The notes beneath the pieces are model-generated. The model did no database searches. It had not been told where the DNA came from and saw only the letters and a program-made list of their open reading frames with translations. A stretch of DNA of 64,000 bases. Source: an uncultured Verrucomicrobiae bacterium. Its GTDB lineage: Bacteria > Verrucomicrobiota > Verrucomicrobiia > Chthoniobacterales > UBA10450. The DNA lies in NCBI GenBank assembly GCA_963772365.1, contig CAVYXA010000005.1, positions 128,001 to 192,000 of the forward strand, in the 5' to 3' direction. This document shows, piece by piece, positions 41,629 through 49,236 of this stretch. The position numbers and the translations under genes are program-made. Numbering within the stretch: the first letter of the stretch is position 1; each line of letters begins with the position of its first letter.

Positions 41629-42855
41629 TCAGCGCCCCGGCATCATTTCCAGTAGGACGCCTTTGAAATATTCAGTTTCCGGAATTGTTGGCAGCACCGG
41701 ATGATCCTGTGCCTGTTCGAACCGGCGCAGCCGGCGAGCGGAACGCCGCGCATCGACAAGCGCATCGGCAATCGTTTGCGAAAAAGCCGCATCACTCACG
41801 TGATGCGAGCAGGAAAACGTCGCCAGCAATCCGTCCTTCGATAACAGCTTGAAAGCGCGCATGTGCAATTCGCGATAGCCTCGCAACGCATCTCGTAAAC
41901 CGCCTTTCGTTTTGGTGAACGATGGCGGATCCAGCACGATCAAATCGTATTGCGTGTCCGATTTAGCCGCTGCCCGAAGAAACTGAAACACATCCTGCTC
42001 GATCCATTGAACGCCGAGTCCATTCCGCTGCGCATTTGCTTTCGCAGCAGCGATATTCTCGGCGCTCTCCTCCACACCAGTCACTTCTGCAGCTCCGGCG
42101 CGCGCGCAGGTTAAGGCGAAAGCGCCCTGATTCGTAAAACAATCAAGCACGCGGCGATCACGGGCGTATCCGGCCACAACAGAATAGTTCTCCTTCTGAT
42201 CGAGGTAGAATCCCGTCTTTTGTCCGTGGAGAAGATCCACATCGAATTTTACTCCAGCGATTTCGATTTCGGTTTTCGCGGCATCCCCGTGCATCATGCC
42301 GTTGCGCAGCTCAAGTCCTTCCATCCGGCGCACTGCGACATCATTTCGCTCGATAACGCAGAAGGGTTGTAGGGCAGGCGCCTCGCCTGCCAGATGTTCG
42401 CCCCCGGCAACCGGAGCGGTTGCCTTACAAAAAACATGTTCCAGCGCTTGCACAATCAAATCTCGCCGCAGATCCATCGCCAGCGTGACCGTCTGTAAAA
42501 CGAAATGATCGCCATACCGATCGAGAATCAATCCCGGTAATCCATCACTCTCGCTCCAAACCACCCGCCGCAATTTTGGATCTACGGCGCGCCGGTCGCG
42601 ATATTCATTGGCCTGCGCGATCCGGCGTTTGAAGAAGTCGAGATCGAGATCCTGTTTCCGCCGCGAGAATCTCCGGGCCACGATTTGCGACTTCGAATTG
42701 TAAATCGCGCTGCCGATCAAATGATCCCGGCCGTCCCGGAGCGAAATCACATCGCCATCAGCCGGTTTTCCGAACAGCTTCAGGACCTCGCTGGAAAAAA
42801 CCCAGTCGTGTCCATGCAAAATTCGCGCCCGCGGTTTGACGACCAGTCCAGCCAT
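41629..42855 (-). CDS. RlmI-like class I SAM-dependent rRNA methyltransferase with an in-frame REP insertion
   Basis: GHDWVF, ESDGLPGL, GQKTGFYLDQ, VLDPPSF, FSCS, DHP, YFKG. Confidence 0.9.
   Translation of the reverse strand: MAGLVVKPRARILHGHDWVFSSEVLKLFGKPADGDVISLRDGRDHLIGSAIYNSKSQIVARRFSRRKQDLDLDFFKRRIAQANEYRDRRAVDPKLRRVVWSESDGLPGLILDRYGDHFVLQTVTLAMDLRRDLIVQALEHVFCKATAPVAGGEHLAGEAPALQPFCVIERNDVAVRRMEGLELRNGMMHGDAAKTEIEIAGVKFDVDLLHGQKTGFYLDQKENYSVVAGYARDRRVLDCFTNQGAFALTCARAGAAEVTGVEESAENIAAAKANAQRNGLGVQWIEQDVFQFLRAAAKSDTQYDLIVLDPPSFTKTKGGLRDALRGYRELHMRAFKLLSKDGLLATFSCSHHVSDAAFSQTIADALVDARRSARRLRRFEQAQDHPVLPTIPETEYFKGVLLEMMPGR
42367..42430. repeat. GTAG-type REP doublet inside a coding sequence
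   Basis: TTGTAG-GGCAGGCG-CCT-CGCCTGCC, 14 nt, GGCAACCG-GAG-CGGTTGCC-TTACAA. Confidence 0.85.
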
Positions 42856-42870
42856 GACGAACAATCCTAG

Positions 42871-43803
42871 ATGCAAACCACTCCACAATCGATTGTCGAT
42901 CTTCCCGGAATCAAAAAGCTGCGCAGCGGCAAGGTCAGAGAAGTATTTGATCTTGGCGATACACTCCTATTCGTGGTGACCGATCGGTTGTCGGCGTTCG
43001 ATGTCGTTTTGCCCGACCCGATTCCGCACAAAGGCGCGGTCTTGAATCAGCTCTCAGCTTTCTGGTTTAGAAGATTCGCCGACAAGATCGGGAAGCCCGA
43101 GAGGGGCGGCGATCCGGGAGGCGAGCTGCTCAACCACTTCGTCACCGCAGATTTCGAGAAGTTTCCGAACGAGCTGAAAAAATTTCGCGATCAACTTGCG
43201 GGCCGTTCGATGATCGTGAAGAAAACAAAGCCGCTCACGGTCGAGTGCGTGGTGCGCGGTTATCTGGCCGGTTCCGGATGGAAGGAATATCAAAAATCGC
43301 AGAGCGTATGTGGAATCAAATTGCCGGCCGGATTGCAGCTCGCCTCCCAGTTGCCCGAGCCGATCTTTACGCCGTCAACCAAAGCCGAACAAGGCCATGA
43401 CGAAAACATCGACATGGCTACATGCGCGAAAATGCTGGGCAACGAAATGGCGGAACGCGTCAGGAGCTTGAGTCTGGAAATTTATTCAAAAGGACGTGAC
43501 CACGCCGCCGCGCGCGGAATCATCGTGGCCGACACGAAGTTTGAGTTCGGGACTGTCGATGGGAAACTTCTATTGATCGATGAATGTCTCACCCCGGATT
43601 CGTCGCGGTTCTGGCCGGCCGATCAATACGTTGTCGGTCAAAGCCCGCCCAGTTTCGATAAACAATTCGTGCGCGATTATCTCGAGACGTTGGATTGGGA
43701 CAAGACGCCGCCTGCGCCCAGATTGCCGGCTGATGTGATTGAGAAGACCTCGGCCAAATACATCGAGGCATTTGAGCGGATCACGGGCGAGAAGCTCCTA
43801 TAG
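42871..43803 (+). CDS. purC: SAICAR synthase
   Basis: [47 protein letters not shown]. Confidence 0.96.
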   Translation: MQTTPQSIVDLPGIKKLRSGKVREVFDLGDTLLFVVTDRLSAFDVVLPDPIPHKGAVLNQLSAFWFRRFADKIGKPERGGDPGGELLNHFVTADFEKFPNELKKFRDQLAGRSMIVKKTKPLTVECVVRGYLAGSGWKEYQKSQSVCGIKLPAGLQLASQLPEPIFTPSTKAEQGHDENIDMATCAKMLGNEMAERVRSLSLEIYSKGRDHAAARGIIVADTKFEFGTVDGKLLLIDECLTPDSSRFWPADQYVVGQSPPSFDKQFVRDYLETLDWDKTPPAPRLPADVIEKTSAKYIEAFERITGEKLL

Positions 43804-43816
43804 CGCTTCTAAGAAA

Positions 43817-43915
43817 CTGTCATCCCGAGCGAAGTCGAGGGATCCCGTTGTCGAACCCAACGGCCATGCCACGGGATTCTTCGACCCCGAATATCTTTGG
43901 GGCTCAGAATGACAG
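43817..43915. repeat. TGTCATCC-type palindromic element between convergent purC and mdh
   Basis: CTGTCATCCCGAGCGAAGTCGAGGGATCCCG and inverted CGGGATTCTTCGAC...GCTCAGAATGACAG. Confidence 0.8.
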
Positions 43916-43923
43916 CGGGCGGC

Positions 43924-44910
43924 TCAACCGCCCAGCAATTCCGCCACCAGCGATTTCTCTTCCCTCAGCTCGGCGATCGATTTGTCGATCTTGTTCCGGC
44001 TGAAATCGTTGAGCGGGAGTTTCTGGACGATCTCCCATTTGCCGCCCTCAACTCGAACCGGAAATGATGAGATCAGGTCTTTTTCCACGTTGTAACTGCC
44101 ATCCGAGCAAACCGCGACGCTGTGCCAATTGTTTGATTCCGTGTCGTTAGTCAAAAAACGAACCGTATCGACAATGGCATTCGCGGCCGAGGCGGCTGAG
44201 GAAAGGCCACGCGCTTTGATGATCGCGGCGCCACGTTGTTGCACTGTGGCGATGAAGTCATTTTTCAGCCAGTTCTCATCGCCAATCACTTCGTTGGCCG
44301 GGCGATTGTCGATCTTCGCGTTGTAAAAATCGGGATACTGCGTTGAAGAATGGTTGCCCCAGATTGTCATGTTCGTGACGCGGTTGATCTCGACGCCAGC
44401 TTTATGTGCAAGTTGGGCCCGCGCGCGGTTCTCATCCAGCCGGGTCATCGCGAACCACCGGTCGCGCGGAATTTCCTTCGCGTTGTTCATCGCGATCAGA
44501 CAATTGGTATTGCACGGATTCCCGATCACCAGCACGCGGACATTGGCAGCGGCGTTTTTCTCAATCGCTTCCCCTTGGCCGATAAAAATTTTCCCGTTAA
44601 TGCCGAGCAGATCTTTGCGTTCCATTCCGGCCTTGCGCGGAACGCTTCCGACCAGCAACGCCCAGTTTACATCGCGGAATCCTTCATCGAGATCGGCCGT
44701 GGGCACGATCGATTGCACCAGTGGAAACGCACAATCGCGCAATTCCATCACCACGCCTTCCAGCGCGTTCAGAACAGCCGGAATCTCGATCAGATGCAGG
44801 GCCACCGGCTGATCCCTGCCGAACATTTCGCCGGAGGCGATTCGAAACAAAAGCGCGTATCCAATCTGCCCGGCCGCGCCGGTGACAGCGACTTTAATCG
44901 GTGATTTCAT
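43924..44910 (-). CDS. mdh: Malate dehydrogenase
   Basis: [44 protein letters not shown]. Confidence 0.96.
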   Translation of the reverse strand: MKSPIKVAVTGAAGQIGYALLFRIASGEMFGRDQPVALHLIEIPAVLNALEGVVMELRDCAFPLVQSIVPTADLDEGFRDVNWALLVGSVPRKAGMERKDLLGINGKIFIGQGEAIEKNAAANVRVLVIGNPCNTNCLIAMNNAKEIPRDRWFAMTRLDENRARAQLAHKAGVEINRVTNMTIWGNHSSTQYPDFYNAKIDNRPANEVIGDENWLKNDFIATVQQRGAAIIKARGLSSAASAANAIVDTVRFLTNDTESNNWHSVAVCSDGSYNVEKDLISSFPVRVEGGKWEIVQKLPLNDFSRNKIDKSIAELREEKSLVAELLGG

Positions 44911-44917
44911 GATTCAA

Positions 44918-45032
44918 TTAGCCACAGATGAACACCAGCCTTCGTCTGAAACTACGGCTTGGCAAGTGGATGAAACACGGATTTCCAGAACAGAATTCTC
45001 ATCCGTGAATATCCGTGTTAATCCGTGGCTAA
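44918..45032. repeat. Gene-less CACGGAT inverted-repeat element (MITE-like)
   Basis: TTAGCCACAGATGAACAC[32 nt]GGATGAAACACGGAT...ATCCGTGAATATCCGTGTTAATCCGTGGCTAA. Confidence 0.85.
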
Positions 45033-46720
45033 GTTCTTTCGCTCTTCTCCAGCAATTCCCGAATCAATTTCATTCGCTTTCGTTCTTTCGGACTGCGCGC
45101 GATCTGCGCGATCGTACGGTTCATTCGACGGCTCCAATTTCCACTCGCCGCCGTTCCAGGAATGTTGAATCGATATTTGCGCGCCAGCAGATCTGTAATC
45201 ATGACCACCGCGATCCACGATTCGCTCTGGAAAAGCGCCTTCATGATCGCCGAATAAAAATCGTTCTCGTAGCTGATCGGTTCTTCCCGTGCCGAAACCC
45301 CGGCGAATTCGGCAATCTTGTTCAACGCGTCTCGCGCCTGGTCCGAAGTCGATGTGGTCCGCTCGACCGCTTCTTCCCACAACTTTCGCAACGGTTTGTG
45401 ATCGTGCGTGGCATACGTCGCAACGGAAAGCCGGTCGTACTCCGAACCGGGAGTAACACGTCCGCCATAGACTTCCCATTGCGGGATCTTGAAACCGGCG
45501 ATGCCGAGAGAGCGCAAACTTGGTCGCACATAATCGGGCACCGTCCCCAGATCTTCGCCGATCACCCGCTCATTGCCGGATTCCTCAAGAACGACGCGCA
45601 AGTATTTCTCTCCCTCCTGCCGGTTTGCTTCGCACTCCCGCGGATTCGAATCGTCTCGCGGAACAAAATGGGGCGCGCGGCCGCCGGTGCGTTCGAGCAT
45701 GTCATTCCACTCCAGATCTAAAAATTCCTTGTTCCGCGATGGTCGCCACGGGAACGCATAGATCCGATAAAATCCAAGCACATGATCGATCCGGAAAAGA
45801 TGAAAGATACGCCGGACGCCACGCACGCGCAGACGCCACCAATCGAAGTTGCGCGACCGCATCACATCCCAGCGATAGAGTGGGATCCCCCAGTTTTGTC
45901 CCCATTTTTGGGTAAACTCGTCGTCCTTGAAATATTGTTCCGGTGGCGCGCCTCCCGACCAGTCGAGCGCAAATTCGTCAGGCCGGGCAAAAACATCCGC
46001 GCTGTAATAACTGACCCCGAATGGGATGTCGCCCATCAAGGCCACTCCGCGTTCGTCGGCAAAATTTTTGATGTCGCGCCATTGCTCGTGCGCGATCCAT
46101 TGCACGTATCGAAACAAATTCTGTCGTTGTTCGAATCTTCGTCGTCGATCTTTCGGCAAACCGCGAAACCAGTCGTGTGCGGCAGCCGTGGTAGAAGTGT
46201 TCCATTGGTCCCAATTTTCTCGTTCGCCGTTCTCCTCCATCAGGGTGCGAAATAACGCATAGCCATCGAGCCAGTCGGTCTCCTCGCGGCAAAAGTCGCG
46301 GAACGCCGATTGTCGATCCTCGCCCGCTCCATCGCAAAACCGAGTAAAGGCTTTCTCCAGCAAGCGCCGCTTCAATTTCTTGACCGGCGCATATTTTACC
46401 GGGCAGCGCCGCAGTTTCGTTAGATCGACATCAGCGATAGCCGCCGAGAAATCCTCCGAAGTCAATTCCTTCGGGCTGCCCGGCGCGAGGTGAATCGTCG
46501 TCGGCTCGATCGCCATTGCACTGATCGCGTTGTAAGGACTATCATCGCCGCCGATTTCGTTAATCGGCAACAGTTGGATCAACTTGAATCCGCTCTCCGA
46601 GACCCAATCAATCAGTTGCCGCAACGTTTCCACGTCGCCAATCCCGAGATCGTCTTCCCGCCGCAGAGCGAATAATGGCGCCAGGACTCCCGCGATTTTT
46701 TTCTCCGGAGAAAGATTCAT
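45029..46720 (-). CDS. malQ: 4-alpha-glucanotransferase (GH77)
   Basis: QLLPINE, SPY, MGDIP, GAPP, GQNWGIP, RIDHVLG, GEDLG, ATHD. Confidence 0.93.
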   Translation of the reverse strand: MNLSPEKKIAGVLAPLFALRREDDLGIGDVETLRQLIDWVSESGFKLIQLLPINEIGGDDSPYNAISAMAIEPTTIHLAPGSPKELTSEDFSAAIADVDLTKLRRCPVKYAPVKKLKRRLLEKAFTRFCDGAGEDRQSAFRDFCREETDWLDGYALFRTLMEENGERENWDQWNTSTTAAAHDWFRGLPKDRRRRFEQRQNLFRYVQWIAHEQWRDIKNFADERGVALMGDIPFGVSYYSADVFARPDEFALDWSGGAPPEQYFKDDEFTQKWGQNWGIPLYRWDVMRSRNFDWWRLRVRGVRRIFHLFRIDHVLGFYRIYAFPWRPSRNKEFLDLEWNDMLERTGGRAPHFVPRDDSNPRECEANRQEGEKYLRVVLEESGNERVIGEDLGTVPDYVRPSLRSLGIAGFKIPQWEVYGGRVTPGSEYDRLSVATYATHDHKPLRKLWEEAVERTTSTSDQARDALNKIAEFAGVSAREEPISYENDFYSAIMKALFQSESWIAVVMITDLLARKYRFNIPGTAASGNWSRRMNRTIAQIARSPKERKRMKLIRELLEKSERT

Positions 46721-46723
46721 TCC

Positions 46724-47190
46724 TTAGCCACGGATGAACACGGACGAAACACGGATTAAAAGATCAGGCGTTTGTACTCAACTTTGAGTCGGCCGAAGTT
46801 GATTAGCAGACCAACCTTGAGCCCGGTTGCTTTTAGCTCGTTCAGCAATTGCGCCTCGTCCCGCTTGTCGTACTGCGGATTTACTTTGATTTCGACAGCA
46901 ACGGAATCGACGACTATCAAGTCGGCATCATAATCTCCAACGACGACGCCTTTGTATTGGACTTGAATGCGTTTTTCAATTTCTGCAGCGACACCGCGAT
47001 TGATCAATTCCACTTGCAATGCTCGCTGGTAGACTCGTTCCAGAAATCCATATCCAAGTTGCTGGTGAACTTCGAATGCAGCTCCGATGATCGCTTCGGT
47101 AGTAGCCCGGTGTAGCAGTTTGTCCGGGTGTTCGTCCTGGATTTCTAACATTCCGTTATCCGTGTTTCATCCGTGTTCATCCGTGGCAAA
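46724..47190. mobile_element. GxxExxY gene bounded by 33-bp inverted repeats (putative mobile unit)
   Basis: Left arm 46724-46756; right arm 47158-47190; 31 of 33 positions match. Confidence 0.6.
46756..47151 (-). CDS. GxxExxY protein (PD-(D/E)XK nuclease family)
   Basis: 131 aa; GFLERVY, ADLIV...VEIK, AQLLN, GLLINFG. Confidence 0.92.
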   Translation of the reverse strand: MLEIQDEHPDKLLHRATTEAIIGAAFEVHQQLGYGFLERVYQRALQVELINRGVAAEIEKRIQVQYKGVVVGDYDADLIVVDSVAVEIKVNPQYDKRDEAQLLNELKATGLKVGLLINFGRLKVEYKRLIF

Positions 47191-47192
47191 AA

Positions 47193-49193
47193 TCAAGATC
47201 GGCTTACCTGCCAATCTTCGACGAGATTGTTTGGAATTTCTTTGAGGAACCGGGATGGCCTTTGGAAGACGTCGCCATAGCCGGCATTCAATCGCATGTG
47301 CGGATACGTGAGATACAGCTCGTCTTTCGCGCGGGTGATTGCCACATAGAACAACCGCCGCTCTTCTTCGAGCGCTTCACGAGTATCGAGCGAACGGCTG
47401 CTGGGAAACATTCCGTCGGTGAGCCAAATGACGAATACCGAATGGAATTCCAATCCTTTGGCCTGATGGACCGTGGAAAGATTCACCGCTTCTTTCTCCG
47501 CGGTCTGGTTCGGCGCAGCCTCAGCATCGACATTGCTGATGAGCGCGAGCTGGGCCAGAAATTCGTTTACATTCTTGAACTGACGCGAGAAAGCCGCCAG
47601 CTGGTTCAAATCTTCCTTGCGCAGCTCGTAATTGGTGAAGTTCACTTTCGCATAGTCATCGTAGATCGCTTCGACAACAGAGGTGATCATTTCCGAGGGA
47701 GGAATCGGCTGACCGCCCGGCGCGATCTCATTCAGGGTGTGCGCCAGTTGCGTCCAGGATTTCTTCGATTTCGCCGGCACATTCATCGCCAGAAATTCCT
47801 GTCCGAAGTTCTGGCCAGAATCGCGTATTCCGCTCTCCCATGTATTCCATAAATTCTCGGCGGTTCGATTTCCGATTCCGGGGAGCAACTTGACCATTCG
47901 CTTAAACGCAACTTCATCCCGAGGATTCGCCACGAATCGAATGAACGCCGTTACATCCTTGATGTGGGCCTGCTCGAAAAATCGGATCCCACTTGTGATC
48001 TGATAGGGAATGCCACGGCGGGAAAGCTCGAGCTGCAACTCGAGCGCGTGATAATGCGCCCGATATAACACCGCGATCTCGTTAAGATCGACATTCTCAT
48101 CGCGCAACTCGAGAATCCGTTGAGCCACGAATTGCGCCTGCTCACTCCCGTCGTTTAAGGCAACGACCGCAGGCTTGACCTCACTTGATTCCCGCGTCGG
48201 TGAAAGATTTTTCCGGAACTGCTCGACATTCGCAGCAATCGCCGCGTTTGCGACCTCCAGCACCTCTGGCACGCTCCGGTAATTCATCTCAATCTTGAAC
48301 ACCTGTGCGCCCGGATAGCGTTTCGGAAATTCGAGAATGTTCTTAAAGTTCGCGCCTCGCCAGGAATAGATCGACTGCGCGTCGTCGCCGACAACCATTA
48401 CGTTGCGATGTTCCGCTGCGAGCGTGTCGATGAAGTCGGCCTGGATCTTGTTCGTGTCCTGATATTCATCAACGAGGATGAATTGAAATTGCCGCCGATA
48501 AATCTCCGTGATCCGCTCGTGCTGTTTTAACATCGACAATGTCTTCTCCAGCAGGTCGTCGAAATCGACCGAGTTAGTGGCCTTTTTCTTCTTCTCGTAA
48601 CGCGCCTGGATATCTTTGATCTTGTCCAGTAGCGGGAGGAAATACGGAAATTTCTCGGCGAGCAATTCCTCGATTGGCGTTTCCGTGTTTACGACGAAGC
48701 TGAAAATTTCGGCCAGCACATCGCCTTTCGGGAACCGGATTTCCCTGGGATCAATTCCAGCGCTGGCCACTACAGTGTTGATCAAATCTTTTTGATCTTC
48801 ACGGTCCATGATGGTGAAGCCGCTGGAATAACCGAGCGCGCTGCCATGACGTCGCAGCATGCGATTCCCGATCGAGTGGAACGTCCCGCCCCAGATTCCA
48901 CTCGCATCAAAGGGCAGCAGATTCGCCACGCGATCGAGCATTTGGCGCGCGGCCTTGTTCGTAAAAGTGAGCAGCAAAATATTTCGCGGATCGATTCCGT
49001 TCTCGAGGAGATACGCCACGCGATATGTCAGCGTCCGTGTTTTGCCCGATCCCGCGCCAGCGATGACGAGCAGTGGCCCTGGCGGCGCGGTCACGGCCGC
49101 GTGCTGTTGCTCATTCAATTCCGCCGCATAATCGATATGGATCCCGCCGTCGCGGGATGCTGGTGCGTGTTGGAGCGTGTATTGGCGAGACAT
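47193..49193 (-). CDS. UvrD/PcrA-family ATP-dependent DNA helicase
   Basis: AGAGSGKT, LTFTNKAA, VDEYQD, VGDDAQSIY, TVHQAKGLE, EERRLFYVAITRA. Confidence 0.95.
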   Translation of the reverse strand: MSRQYTLQHAPASRDGGIHIDYAAELNEQQHAAVTAPPGPLLVIAGAGSGKTRTLTYRVAYLLENGIDPRNILLLTFTNKAARQMLDRVANLLPFDASGIWGGTFHSIGNRMLRRHGSALGYSSGFTIMDREDQKDLINTVVASAGIDPREIRFPKGDVLAEIFSFVVNTETPIEELLAEKFPYFLPLLDKIKDIQARYEKKKKATNSVDFDDLLEKTLSMLKQHERITEIYRRQFQFILVDEYQDTNKIQADFIDTLAAEHRNVMVVGDDAQSIYSWRGANFKNILEFPKRYPGAQVFKIEMNYRSVPEVLEVANAAIAANVEQFRKNLSPTRESSEVKPAVVALNDGSEQAQFVAQRILELRDENVDLNEIAVLYRAHYHALELQLELSRRGIPYQITSGIRFFEQAHIKDVTAFIRFVANPRDEVAFKRMVKLLPGIGNRTAENLWNTWESGIRDSGQNFGQEFLAMNVPAKSKKSWTQLAHTLNEIAPGGQPIPPSEMITSVVEAIYDDYAKVNFTNYELRKEDLNQLAAFSRQFKNVNEFLAQLALISNVDAEAAPNQTAEKEAVNLSTVHQAKGLEFHSVFVIWLTDGMFPSSRSLDTREALEEERRLFYVAITRAKDELYLTYPHMRLNAGYGDVFQRPSRFLKEIPNNLVEDWQVSRS

Positions 49194-49236
49194 TTGGCGG
49201 TTCTGCAACGAACCGCAGCAACCGGTTCGACGCAAC

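Noticed and set aside
44882..45721. 279-aa plus-strand ORF spanning the empty repeat
   Set aside because: Antisense to mdh and malQ, and reads through repeat DNA
44918..47190. CACGGAT repeats as a CRISPR array
   Set aside because: Units are 10-11 nt, have no unique spacers, form inverted arms, and there are no cas genes
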